Source: Halobacteriovoraceae bacterium
Lineage (GTDB): Bacteria; Bdellovibrionota; Bacteriovoracia; Bacteriovoracales; Bacteriovoracaceae
Reading direction: 5' to 3'
NCBI GenBank assembly: GCA_963719505.1
Contig: CAVRCF010000005.1
Coordinates: 320,001-384,000 of the forward strand
Length of the DNA stretch: 64,000 nt
Part shown: in pieces, positions 9,967 through 19,562 of the stretch
How positions within the stretch are numbered: position 1 is the stretch's first letter
Layout of the letters: every line of letters begins with the position of its first letter
Notes under the pieces: generated by a model
Seen by the model: only the letters and a program-made list of their open reading frames with translations
The model's database searches: none
What the model was told of the DNA's origin: nothing
Program-made: the position numbers and the translations under genes

Positions 9967-10699
9967 CTTTAATGGCCAAACAGTTATTGTCACTGGCGGA
10001 ACAAGAGGAATTGGGAGAGGAATCGTTGAGAGTTTTCTAAAAGATGGAGCCAGTGTCATTGCAACTTATGCAAGAAACGATCAAGCAGCTCATCTTTTTA
10101 AAGAAGAGATGATTCAATTTGGAGAGAAGTTAACTCTTAAGAAATTTGATGTTTCAAAACTGTCTGAAGTTGAAAGCTTCTTCACAGAAATAGATAATAA
10201 CGGCTCAACGATTGATATATTGGTTAATAATAGTGGAATTAGACAAGATAACCTCACGGCCAGTATGACTGAAGGCCAATGGGATACCGTTATGGATATC
10301 AACCTGAAAGGAACTTTTAATATGAGTCAAAAAGCTGTTCTTCATATGATGAAAAACAGATACGGGCGTATCATTAATATTTCTTCGATTGGCGGAGCAC
10401 TAGGACTTCCAGGACAAGCCAACTATGCCGCTAGTAAAGCAGGACAGGTAGCTTTAAGTAAGGTTCTAAGTAAAGAAGTCGCCAAAAGAAAAATCACAGT
10501 CAATAATATCGCCCCGGGCTTTATTGAAACAGAACTTTTAGCAGACCTTCCAGAGGAACAAATTAAAGAGTATAAAAAATCAGTGCCGATGAAACGCTTT
10601 GGAACAGTAGAAGAAGTTGCAAGTGCGGTAAAATTTCTTGCAAGTAAAGAGGCAAGTTATATTACTGGTACAACAATTGAAATATCCGGTGGTCTGTAG
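9959..10699 (+). CDS. fabG: 3-oxoacyl-ACP reductase
   Basis: TGGTRGIG, LVNNSG, YAASK, VNNIAPGFIET; ATG 9959 has a GGAGA RBS and overlaps the upstream stop. Confidence 0.92.
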   Translation: MSNFNGQTVIVTGGTRGIGRGIVESFLKDGASVIATYARNDQAAHLFKEEMIQFGEKLTLKKFDVSKLSEVESFFTEIDNNGSTIDILVNNSGIRQDNLTASMTEGQWDTVMDINLKGTFNMSQKAVLHMMKNRYGRIINISSIGGALGLPGQANYAASKAGQVALSKVLSKEVAKRKITVNNIAPGFIETELLADLPEEQIKEYKKSVPMKRFGTVEEVASAVKFLASKEASYITGTTIEISGGL

Positions 10700-11121
10700 T
10701 GAATGAAGAAATAAAAAAACGAATTCCCCAAAGAGAACCCTTTCTCTATATCGAAGAAATTGTCTCAAAAGAAGAAAGAACAATAACCACATCTAAAAAG
10801 ATTACTGGTGAAGAGGATTTTTTTAAAGGTCACTTTCCAGGTGATCCGATCATGCCCGGTGTTCTTATTTGCGAGGCGGCCTTTCAAACCGGAGCACTCC
10901 TTATGAGCTATATTATGGAAGGTGGAATAACCGGAAAGACTGCGGTCGTCAGTCGCATTCAATCCGCAAAATTTAAAAATATGGTTCGCCCTGGAGATGA
11001 ACTCCAAATGACTGTCAGCTTGGTCGATCAATTAGAAAATGCGGCTTATCTGAAAGGTAAGGTGACAACAAATGGAAAAACGGCTCTTCAAATTGAGTTC
11101 GCCTGTACACTAGTAGGTTAA
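10699..11121 (+). CDS. fabZ: 3-hydroxyacyl-ACP dehydratase (FabZ family)
   Basis: PQREPFL and GHFPGDPIMPGVLICEA (catalytic His/Glu); GTG start overlaps the fabG stop. Confidence 0.88.
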   Translation: MNEEIKKRIPQREPFLYIEEIVSKEERTITTSKKITGEEDFFKGHFPGDPIMPGVLICEAAFQTGALLMSYIMEGGITGKTAVVSRIQSAKFKNMVRPGDELQMTVSLVDQLENAAYLKGKVTTNGKTALQIEFACTLVG

Positions 11122-11122
11122 A

Positions 11123-11911
11123 ATGGATTTTAAAGACAAATGGATATATATTGCGGGAATTGCGAATAAAAAAAGTGTGGCTTTTCACACCGCAAAGTCG
11201 CTTCAAGAGCGCGGTGCCAAGCTTATTTTATCAGCTCAGAACCAAAAAAATCTAGAACAAATAAACAAAATTTTTCCTGACTCCCCTTCTTTTATTCTTG
11301 ATGTTGAAGATGAAAGTCAGATGAGTGAATTAAAAAATAAAATATCCACCTTTACTCAAAAAATAGATGGCTTTCTTCACTCTTTGGCCTTTGCCAATTT
11401 TTCAGAGGGACCAAAGCCTTTTCATGAAACCAAAAGATCAGATTACCTTCAAGCTTGTCAAATCAGTAGTTTTTCATTTATCGAAATGAGTAATTCTCTG
11501 AAGTCCCTTTTCTCTCAGAACGCTTCGGCAGTAACAGTCTCTATATCAAGCACCAAGGCCACAAGTTACGGCTACCTAGGTCCTATAAAAGCCATGCTTG
11601 AAACGAGTGTGTGCTACCTTGCAAAGTCCTTCTCTGAATTTTCTAATGTCCGATTTAATTCAGTTGGAGCTGGACCGCTTAAGACTTCCGCCAGCGCTGG
11701 GATTCCAGACTATATTGAGAACTATCTCTATTCCGAGCAACTAACTTTAAGGAAAAAGTCTCTTCAAACTCAAGAAGTTGCCAATGTTATCTGTTTTCTT
11801 CTCAGCGATCTTTCAAGTGGGGTTAATGCCACAAACCAAATTGTTGACTGTGGAATGAGTAGTAATTATTTTGACCAAAACATTGTCAAAGGTTTTGCCA
11901 AGAACCTTTAA
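11123..11911 (+). CDS. fabI: Enoyl-ACP reductase (FabI family)
   Basis: GIANKKSVA, HSLAFA, Y-x6-K (YGYLGPIK), AGPLKTSASAGI. Confidence 0.88.
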   Translation: MDFKDKWIYIAGIANKKSVAFHTAKSLQERGAKLILSAQNQKNLEQINKIFPDSPSFILDVEDESQMSELKNKISTFTQKIDGFLHSLAFANFSEGPKPFHETKRSDYLQACQISSFSFIEMSNSLKSLFSQNASAVTVSISSTKATSYGYLGPIKAMLETSVCYLAKSFSEFSNVRFNSVGAGPLKTSASAGIPDYIENYLYSEQLTLRKKSLQTQEVANVICFLLSDLSSGVNATNQIVDCGMSSNYFDQNIVKGFAKNL

Positions 11912-12915
11912 AGTCTTCGAAGATCCATCGATTCATTTCTTTGCTTAAAAGTTTTGATCAGACCCTGCTCTATTGAGATTGTCGGCTCGTAATCAAAATC
12001 TCTATTTGCTTTTGCATGGGAAAAATAATGACTTTTCGCCAACTGACAGGCCACAAATCTAGTCATCGGTGGTTCGGGTTTAATAACCCCTAAAGCGCTG
12101 AAGACTTTCTCAAAAAGCCAACCTAGATTGTAAGCCGATCTAAAACTTATACTACTTTCAACTAAATCCTCTCCAGAAGACACAAGAAGGGTGTTTATAA
12201 ACTCCCAAAGCTTCACCGGTCTCTCCTGACCTATAAAATATGATTGACCCGATAAGGAGGAATCATTTAAAAGTTTCTCAAAAGCCTTAACGTGAGCGAG
12301 AGCTGCATTTTCAACAAAAATAACGTCAACTAAATTTTCACCATCACCGACTTGTTTTAACCTTCCAGCTTTTGCCTTTTGGACAAGTCTCGGAAGAATA
12401 TGGGGGTCACCTGGTCCCCAAATTAAATGGGGACGCAGCGCTAAAGCTTTAAATGAGTCTGAAGCTGCTTCCAAAACATATTTTTCAGCATTGGCCTTAG
12501 TTCGGCCATAATGATTGAGAAACTTCTTTGGATAGTTAAGCGTCTCATCACCGAGAATAATATCTTCTTTTTCAAAGACGACACTAGGACTTGAAGTATA
12601 AATAAAATATTGAATACCAATTTCTTTGCAGGCATCCACAAGTTGAATTGTTCCTACCTCATTGGTCTGAACAAAGTCTTCTTCTTTACCCCAAACGCCT
12701 GCGATAGCTGCCACGTGAAAGACAGCATCTATCCCTTCAAGGGCTGATTTAATAGAATCTACGTCTCTAAGTGATCCTTTTCTTGTCTTGATACCCAAAT
12801 GATCAAGTTCGCTATGGTGGTGACGAGAAAAATTAATAACGTCATATTTCTCAACGAGAATTTTACAAATATTTAATCCTAAGAACCCGCCGGCCCCAGT
12901 TACTAAAATCTTCAC
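11908..12915 (-). CDS. oleD: OleD, 2-alkyl-3-oxoalkanoate reductase (3-beta-HSD/SDR family)
   Basis: TGAGGFLG, YTSSPSVVF, YGRTK, LRPHLIWGPGD, PEPPMTRF; directly follows oleC. Confidence 0.88.
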   Translation of the reverse strand: MKILVTGAGGFLGLNICKILVEKYDVINFSRHHHSELDHLGIKTRKGSLRDVDSIKSALEGIDAVFHVAAIAGVWGKEEDFVQTNEVGTIQLVDACKEIGIQYFIYTSSPSVVFEKEDIILGDETLNYPKKFLNHYGRTKANAEKYVLEAASDSFKALALRPHLIWGPGDPHILPRLVQKAKAGRLKQVGDGENLVDVIFVENAALAHVKAFEKLLNDSSLSGQSYFIGQERPVKLWEFINTLLVSSGEDLVESSISFRSAYNLGWLFEKVFSALGVIKPEPPMTRFVACQLAKSHYFSHAKANRDFDYEPTISIEQGLIKTFKQRNESMDLRRL

Positions 12916-14540
12916 TTATCCTCCAGCTGTTGAGCCCAGCGTGTGAGAGCTAATCTATCTATCTTTATATTATGCCTAACATCCACAGGCAGCTTTTTAT
13001 GCAAATAGTATTCAAATTGAAAGTTTTTAAATTGGCTCTCAATAACAATAGTCTTTAATTCGCTATCAAAACTCTCTTTTTCTCTCGCTGTCATTGTCGT
13101 CTTGCCATCAACTCGCTCAATAACAAATTTTGCTTTATTAGCATTTTTAATAAGAGCAGACTTTCTAATCATAGAGTGCTGATTTATAACCGTTTCAAAA
13201 AGGATAGGAAAAAACTTTTTTGAGCCGATGCTAAAGAAGTGGGATGAGCGACCACAAAACCAAAGATTTCCCTCGTCGTCAAAATAACCCATATCCCCCA
13301 TGCGATGATAGAAGTTGTTCTCAATATGAATTTTTGCCAGTTTCGTTTTCTCGGGCATATTAAAATAGCTTCTCGTTGTGACTTTACTGCTGACAATAAT
13401 CTCACCAATCTCACCCACTGGAAGTAGCTCAAAGTTATCTTCAGTGATTTCACCATCTACAAATTTTACGATCTTAACATCTACTTCTGTAATAGGTTTT
13501 CCCAGACAGGTTCCATTACCTTCAAGGATAGTCTGACCGAACTTCTTTAAAATTTCTTTACCACTAATATTACAAACAGGAAGACACTCTGTAGCACCAT
13601 AAGGAGTATAAGTTGTCCCAGCAGGAAGAATCTTTTTAAACTTCTCATGTAAAGACACTGGAATAGGTGCGCCAAACATGACTAGATACTTTACCGAAGG
13701 CAGTGTGATACGATTTTCTAAACAATGATCTGCCAGTTTTGTCCAAATCGCAGGAGAGCCAGCAACAAAGGTTGCACCTTGATCCATGATATTTTTAAGA
13801 AGTTTTTGAGGATTACTCATCCCTGGTTTGGATGGATTCATATCTGGAATAACACTTGTCATTCCCATGCTCAGTGTAAAAAGAGCAAAAAGAGGAAAAC
13901 CCGGAATATCGATATCATCATGTGTTAAGCCGAAAGACTTTTTTAACAAAGAGGTTTGTTCGATAAAAATCTCGTGGGAATAGACGACACCTTTTGGAAC
14001 GCCCGTACCACCACTGGTAAAAAGAATAGCAGCCATATCATCTTTATCCATAACAACTGAGTCAAAAAGTGAAATCTCAGAATCAATATGACTTGTCATG
14101 CTTTTAGAGAAAACTGAAATTTTACTTGTACATAAATACAATTCTATTGATTTAAACTTTTCTCTAAATATTCTCGCAATAAGATGAGCAGCCGGAATAC
14201 CAAGAAGAACTCGGGCTCCAATGGATTCAATTGAGCTTAAAACATTTTTTAATCCCATACCGGGATCAATAAGAACAGGGATTGCTCCAATCTTAAAAAG
14301 CGCAAAGGTATAAGCACAAAAATCAACTGAAGGCTTAACAAAGACTAAAACCTTATCACCTTTTTTTACCCCTGCCTTTTGAAAGCGATGAGCAAACTGA
14401 TTGATTCTTTTTTCAAGATCGATAAAGGTGTAGTGCTCATAAAAATAGTGGAGACTAAACAGTGAACAGCGGCTCATCACCACAGCTCGTTTATATGGCA
14501 TCTCAATCGCCTTATCGGTTATTTGATCGGCAACATTCAC
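12912..14540 (-). CDS. oleC: OleC, AMP-forming beta-lactone synthetase
   Basis: LIDPGMG, FTSGGTGVPKG, TPYGATECLPV, HRMGDMGY, PVDVRHNIKIDR; lies between oleB and oleD. Confidence 0.88.
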   Translation of the reverse strand: MNVADQITDKAIEMPYKRAVVMSRCSLFSLHYFYEHYTFIDLEKRINQFAHRFQKAGVKKGDKVLVFVKPSVDFCAYTFALFKIGAIPVLIDPGMGLKNVLSSIESIGARVLLGIPAAHLIARIFREKFKSIELYLCTSKISVFSKSMTSHIDSEISLFDSVVMDKDDMAAILFTSGGTGVPKGVVYSHEIFIEQTSLLKKSFGLTHDDIDIPGFPLFALFTLSMGMTSVIPDMNPSKPGMSNPQKLLKNIMDQGATFVAGSPAIWTKLADHCLENRITLPSVKYLVMFGAPIPVSLHEKFKKILPAGTTYTPYGATECLPVCNISGKEILKKFGQTILEGNGTCLGKPITEVDVKIVKFVDGEITEDNFELLPVGEIGEIIVSSKVTTRSYFNMPEKTKLAKIHIENNFYHRMGDMGYFDDEGNLWFCGRSSHFFSIGSKKFFPILFETVINQHSMIRKSALIKNANKAKFVIERVDGKTTMTAREKESFDSELKTIVIESQFKNFQFEYYLHKKLPVDVRHNIKIDRLALTRWAQQLEDK

Positions 14541-14543
14541 AAG

Positions 14544-15419
14544 CTAAACTCTTTCCAAAAAGTCTTTTATATTTGATATAACATCATCAGCTTCGTCCTC
14601 TAGAATATAGTGACCAGCATCCTTATAATATTTATAATAGGCATCGGGATAAATCTCCTGCCATTTTCTAAAAAAGACATCGTTAAAACAAAAATCTTTT
14701 CCTCCCCAAAGAATAATTTTTGGACAGTTGAGTTCTTTAAGCTTATCTTCAATCTTCTTTAGTTCTTGAAAGCTTCTATGATCTTTTTTAAGGGGAATGT
14801 CTTGGACAAATTCTGCAACTGCTATCCGGTTTTTAGGTGAGTCGTAGGGAAACAAATATCCAGCTTTAATAGTGGGACTAAGCTTCTTTTTTGAAGCCAT
14901 AAATGTCGCGGGCCTTGCGAAAGCGTTAAAGTTTTTAACAATAAACTTTCCAAATAATTTATTTTTACATAGACCAATAGTAAATGGAATCCTATTGATA
15001 TGAAAAGCCGCTGTGTTGAGTATAACGATATTCTTTATAAGTTTAGGGTGCCTTGTCGCGAGACCGAAACCTATAGCACCCCCCCAGTCATGAACAATTA
15101 GAGTTATATTTTTTAAGTCTAAAAATTGAACTAAAGTCTCAAGATTATCGATATGATTTTTTAAAGTATATTCATAATCTTGGGGTTTGTCAGAGAGACC
15201 ACAGCCAATATGGTCGGGCACAATAACACGGTGACTATGTTCAAGCTCTCTTGCCACATTTCTATAGTAAAAAGACCAAGTAGGATTGCCGTGAACCATG
15301 AGGACAGGGTCACCTTCACCTTGGTCGATATAGTGATATTGATTGGAGCTGATATCCAAATAATTTGAGGCGAAAGGATAAAGATTTTTTAGTTCACTAT
15401 CGAGGGTTCTTTTTAACAT
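14544..15419 (-). CDS. oleB: OleB, beta-lactone decarboxylase (haloalkane-dehalogenase-like alpha/beta hydrolase)
   Basis: HGNPTWSFYYR, PDHIGCGLSDKP, nucleophile motif VHDWGG, AGHYILED; position between oleA and oleC. Confidence 0.88.
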   Translation of the reverse strand: MLKRTLDSELKNLYPFASNYLDISSNQYHYIDQGEGDPVLMVHGNPTWSFYYRNVARELEHSHRVIVPDHIGCGLSDKPQDYEYTLKNHIDNLETLVQFLDLKNITLIVHDWGGAIGFGLATRHPKLIKNIVILNTAAFHINRIPFTIGLCKNKLFGKFIVKNFNAFARPATFMASKKKLSPTIKAGYLFPYDSPKNRIAVAEFVQDIPLKKDHRSFQELKKIEDKLKELNCPKIILWGGKDFCFNDVFFRKWQEIYPDAYYKYYKDAGHYILEDEADDVISNIKDFLERV

Positions 15420-16451
15420 TATATTTTTACTCCAAGCATAACTGAATGCAGACCACTACCAATACCCAACAGAGCCACATTTTGATTTGATAAAAGTCTT
15501 TTACTCTCCATCGCTTTAACAAAGGTAAGGGGAAGAGCAGCCGAGCCGGTATTTCCATATTGATCAAAAGTTTTGTGGTCCTTCAAAATATCTAAGTCTA
15601 ATTCCTTGTACATTAAATCTCTGTGAGCACTTCCTACTTGGTGACAGATCAGATGATCAAAGTCTTGCTCCTTGAGAGACAACTCTTTTTGCAGCCCAAT
15701 CCAAGTCTCCTTCGCAAGTTTTACACCAGCGTGTAAAAGTTCTTCAGACTCTGTTTGCATCATTAAAGAGTCCGCATTGCCTGATCCCGTACAAAGAGCA
15801 CTGGCCTCACTATCAGTTAGAGAATACCCACCAAGAAGCTTGTGTCCATTTTGACAAAGGTCTTTGTGACTTAAAATAAATGCGACACCACAGGAGCCTA
15901 TAGTAAGATTTGCAATAAACTTTTTTATCGATTTTCTGGTCAAACTCATGTCTGAATTTAACTTATTTATTGTCTCCTCTATCAGAGGTCCCGAGTTCTC
16001 ACCCGTGACAATAAGAGCGGTTTTTATCGTGCCATTTTCGATCATATCAGCGGCGACAGTCATCGCATTAACAAAGCCCAAACAAGCATTGGAGAGATCA
16101 AAACTCATGCACTGAGGCTTTAGCTTAAGGTTGTTGTGGATACTTGAGGCCGTTGAAGGCTCTAGAAAATCTCGACAGACACTTGAGTGAATTAAAAGGT
16201 CGATATCAGAATGTTCAAACTGTGATTTCTCCAACGCTTTAATTGCAGCACCAGTTGCAATTAAACTGGGTTTAGTTCCCACAGGCCAGCATCCCTCTTT
16301 TCTCTATAGAGGTTTGAAGCTCCAAACGACCAAAGGGAAGCTTAAGTCGCTCATAAACTGGGGCCAATCTAGTTTCCATATCATCAGAGGACAAAAAGAT
16401 CTCAGGATCATGATATGCATAATTTTCAATGACAACATTTGTATATTTCAT
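15419..16451 (-). pseudogene. oleA: OleA head-to-head condensing enzyme interrupted by a +1 frameshift near 16293-16301 (real lesion or sequencing error)
   Basis: ATG 16451 reads MKYTNVVIENYAY...RLAPVYERLKLPFGRLELQTSIEKRG and stops soon after. Removing one base gives ...KRGCWPVGTKPS, joining the frame with RDFLEPSTA, NACLGF, HQVG and GNTGSA. Span is 1033 nt = 344 codons + 1. Confidence 0.85.
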
Positions 16452-17846
16452 TTAATTTTCCATTAAACCGTGAAGGTTCGCCATTGAAATGCCTGACAGC
16501 ATTGATCCCACAATTCCTAAAAATCCTTGATCAGTTCCAATGATAAATAAATTTGAAAATTCTGTTCTTCCATCTCTTGTCTTATCTGGGGAGCCATAGA
16601 CTGTGCCATCAAAATGAGAAGTATAACGCTCTACAGTTGTAGGGCTAAAAACGTCATAAAAGTGAACTTTTGAATCAAACTTGGGGTTTAGCTTTTTTAG
16701 AAGGTTTAAAGAGTGTTCGTATACAACTTCTTTTTCTTCTTTATATCTTTCCTTCTCCAAGGCCTTCCATTTGTCATAATTGGCCATAAAGGTCACTCTA
16801 TAAGTCCCCTCACCTTCACGGTTTTCTCTTTCATAATTATCAGGGCAACAAATAACTGCCGAACTTGAATCAAAGAGGGTCTCTGAACGTGAGTAATCAT
16901 ACTTATTAGAATTATTATAAAAAACAATTGTTGGATCAAATTCTAGCGGTTTGGATTCAGTAACGATGATGGTCTCCATAAAAGAGAGTTTTCCAACGCT
17001 GACTTTGTTTGAAGCTTCAACACCAATAAGTTTTAACGTTTCAGGATATCCCATTGAGGAGAAAATTTTATCACACTCATAAGTATTCTTACTGGTTTTC
17101 ACGTGGGTAATTTTTGAAGGAGAGCAAATAATATTCTCAACACCTTCTCTGAAGTGTAGCTGCCCACCAAGATCTGAGTATCTCTTTAGAAGCTTATCAA
17201 TAATCGTTCGAACCCCACCTTCAGGTCTAGAAAATCCTTCCATATAAATTGATTTAAACATAATAACGAATTGAGCAAAATCCATATCGTGCTCCCAAGC
17301 GGAACCGTAGATAAGAAGTGGACATATAATCATTTCAATAAGGTCGTCGTTTTTAATATACTTTTGAAGGACAGATCTTGAAGAGCTATATCCTTGATCA
17401 AGATTGAGCTCATCAAATTCATCAATCGTGCTCAGAAGTTTTTGAAAATTTTCTTTTTCTTGTGGAAACTCTCGATTGACTTCTTCGACAAAGAGCTCAA
17501 ACTCGTTGCTAAATTTAATTTTATGTTCTGGAAAATCGATTGAAGAGTATGTTTGCTCGTGCAACTGAAACTCGTCATAAGAGAAACGAAGCTGTTTTAG
17601 AAGTTTAGTAAAAGGCTTTTTTCTTTCACCTTTTTTGGCAAAGTTGGTTAATGCGTGAAGTCCCACGTCAAACTTTCTGACTCCACCATATTCTTTGTTG
17701 CGTCTTTGGTAATAGGAATTAAGGCCCCCGGCAATCGAGTGTTTTTCAAGAATGAGAACCTTTTTATCAAACATCGCCAGCCTGATACCCGCTGCAAGAC
17801 CACTCATACCAGCCCCCACAACTATGGCATCATACTTCGTCGTCAT
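16452..17846 (-). CDS. Phytoene-desaturase (CrtI)-like FAD-dependent oxidoreductase B
   Basis: IVVGAGMSG...LEKHSIAGG, FDVGLHA, RPEGG, FSPTT, GTDQGFLGIVG; paralogous to 8500..9966. Confidence 0.85.
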   Translation of the reverse strand: MTTKYDAIVVGAGMSGLAAGIRLAMFDKKVLILEKHSIAGGLNSYYQRRNKEYGGVRKFDVGLHALTNFAKKGERKKPFTKLLKQLRFSYDEFQLHEQTYSSIDFPEHKIKFSNEFELFVEEVNREFPQEKENFQKLLSTIDEFDELNLDQGYSSSRSVLQKYIKNDDLIEMIICPLLIYGSAWEHDMDFAQFVIMFKSIYMEGFSRPEGGVRTIIDKLLKRYSDLGGQLHFREGVENIICSPSKITHVKTSKNTYECDKIFSSMGYPETLKLIGVEASNKVSVGKLSFMETIIVTESKPLEFDPTIVFYNNSNKYDYSRSETLFDSSSAVICCPDNYERENREGEGTYRVTFMANYDKWKALEKERYKEEKEVVYEHSLNLLKKLNPKFDSKVHFYDVFSPTTVERYTSHFDGTVYGSPDKTRDGRTEFSNLFIIGTDQGFLGIVGSMLSGISMANLHGLMEN

Positions 17847-17847
17847 T

Positions 17848-18093
17848 TTACTGCATTTTTGGCGTGAGATAAGTCACACAGCCTGCCAGTGTTGCAAGAT
17901 GTGGATAATCTTCACTTGGAACTTCAACTTTATGACGTTTCCTAAGCTCCATGACGATATCTAAAAAGTCCATTGAATCTAAATCAAGTTGATCTCTTAA
18001 AGATTCATTTTCATCAATTCCTGATACGTCCTCATCTGGCGCCACGTCTTCAATAATATCTAAAACAACTTTTTTTACTTCTTCACTAGTCAT
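17848..18093 (-). CDS. Acyl carrier protein
   Basis: Acidic 81-aa protein from ATG 18093 (upstream AAAGGT) with the LDLDSMDFLDIV phosphopantetheine site. Confidence 0.92.
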   Translation of the reverse strand: MTSEEVKKVVLDIIEDVAPDEDVSGIDENESLRDQLDLDSMDFLDIVMELRKRHKVEVPSEDYPHLATLAGCVTYLTPKMQ

Positions 18094-18124
18094 AATTACC
18101 TTTTCAAATTTATTTATATTTCTT

Positions 18125-19360
18125 TTAGCTGTGTTTCTTAATAATGACAGAGGAGTTAATCCCAAGCATACCAAAAGAGTTATTGAGAATAATTTCAATA
18201 TTATCTTTTCTCTTTGGTTCATTTAAAACGAGATTATTCATGGTGCATTCGGGGTCAAGATTATCGACATTAATTCCTGGATGAATAATTCCATCTTCGA
18301 AACTTAAAAGGTTACCCGCAAGTTCCAAAGCGCCAGCAGCCCCCATGGTGTGTCCAATATGACCTTTCGTAAAATTCACGTATGTCTCTTTGCAGTCATT
18401 AAAAACATTTTTGACGGCATTGAGCTCATTAATATCTCCAGCTTGAGTTCCAGTCGCATGCATATTAACGATATCGATATCTTCTTTTTCAATTTTCGCT
18501 TTTTTTAACGCCTTTAAGATACATTCCGACTGTCTTTCAGTATTGGGAAGAACAAAGTCAGTTGCATCTGTATTGACAGCATACCCTAAAACTTCTCCAT
18601 AGATTTTTGCTCCTCGAGCGATGGCGTCTTCTCTTCTTTCAAGAGTATAAATACACCCACCCTCACTGATGACAATTCCATTTCTATCAATATCAAGTGG
18701 TCTTGAAGCTTTTGTTGGGTCTTCGTGGGAAGCAAGGGCCCCTTGAGCTGCAAAGGCTGCAAAGATACCAAAGGTTTGTGCCGACTCAGAGACTCCTCCA
18801 GCTAAAGCAAAATCAACTTCATCTAAAAGCAGTTGCTGAACACCTTGGATAACACCCATATTCCCACCGGCACAAGCTGAACCAATAGTGTAATGAGGTC
18901 CCGTGATTCCCAAGTTAAGGTTAACCTCTCCCGCGGGAGAATTGGCAACGGTTCTTGGATTGTGATGGTGTGACCAAAAAGTAGTGTCTAAATTATTTTG
19001 ATGAAGAAGAAAGATCTCCTCTTCAGTCTCTACGTTTCCATGCTCTGTAATTCCAATATAAGTTCCAACTCGAGACTTATCTATTGAACTAAAATCTATC
19101 TTTGAATCTACGATGGCTTCATTTGCTGCATAAATAGCAACACTTCCTGCTCTCGTTCCTCTTCGTCTCGTTTTCTTTTTCTGATATTTATATTCATCAA
19201 AATCACAAAGACCAGCAGGATGCTTGCCCATATAGCGGATTTCCTCGAGTGTAATTCCCGATTTTCCCTCTATCAGATTTTGGCGAAACTCACCTAGCGT
19301 ATTACCATTTGGCGCAGTTAAACCTATCCCTGTAATGACAATTCTATGGTCTTTATTCAT
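18125..19360 (-). CDS. fabF: Beta-ketoacyl-ACP synthase (FabF/FabB family)
   Basis: Cys-His-His triad: GSACAGG, NMHATGT, KGHIGHTMGAAG; C-terminal NNSFGMLG. Confidence 0.88.
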   Translation of the reverse strand: MNKDHRIVITGIGLTAPNGNTLGEFRQNLIEGKSGITLEEIRYMGKHPAGLCDFDEYKYQKKKTRRRGTRAGSVAIYAANEAIVDSKIDFSSIDKSRVGTYIGITEHGNVETEEEIFLLHQNNLDTTFWSHHHNPRTVANSPAGEVNLNLGITGPHYTIGSACAGGNMGVIQGVQQLLLDEVDFALAGGVSESAQTFGIFAAFAAQGALASHEDPTKASRPLDIDRNGIVISEGGCIYTLERREDAIARGAKIYGEVLGYAVNTDATDFVLPNTERQSECILKALKKAKIEKEDIDIVNMHATGTQAGDINELNAVKNVFNDCKETYVNFTKGHIGHTMGAAGALELAGNLLSFEDGIIHPGINVDNLDPECTMNNLVLNEPKRKDNIEIILNNSFGMLGINSSVIIKKHS

Positions 19361-19562
19361 ATAGCCTCAGTTTATAAAATTTGTGACCTATTTTTATAAT
19401 TTATAACCGATAAAATCAATAAAAATCAATAATACAAACGATTTACAAGCATTTTACTCGTCGCGCAGCTGCGATGCGCAAACTTTAAAAATAAATACTC
19501 TGGATTTTAAAGCAAAGTTAATTATAATTGTGAAAACAAAAAACCTAACAAAAGGATATGTA

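Noticed and set aside
14544-15419. Haloalkane dehalogenase
   Set aside because: Same fold and motifs, but the position between oleA and oleC identifies it as OleB.
16285-16310. Programmed ribosomal frameshift or phase-variable tract in oleA
   Set aside because: Runs are only 3-4 nt and I see no canonical slippery heptamer or stimulatory structure; a simple indel or read error is more parsimonious.
8500-17846. Carotenoid biosynthesis
   Set aside because: No phytoene synthase, GGPP synthase or cyclase; both CrtI-like genes are coupled to fab/ole genes.
17848-18222. 124-aa ACP and other long ORF-track starts (7389, 19530, 24717, 56046)
   Set aside because: The extensions overlap neighbouring genes or lack an RBS; downstream starts match family N-termini.
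8500-19360. Ladderane biosynthesis cluster
   Set aside because: No radical-SAM or B12-binding genes of the kind seen in anammox candidate clusters; oleABCD explains the end steps better.
19387-19413. Sigma-28 promoter for the histone gene
   Set aside because: ACCGATAA resembles the -10 element, but the -35 position reads CCTA rather than TAAA.
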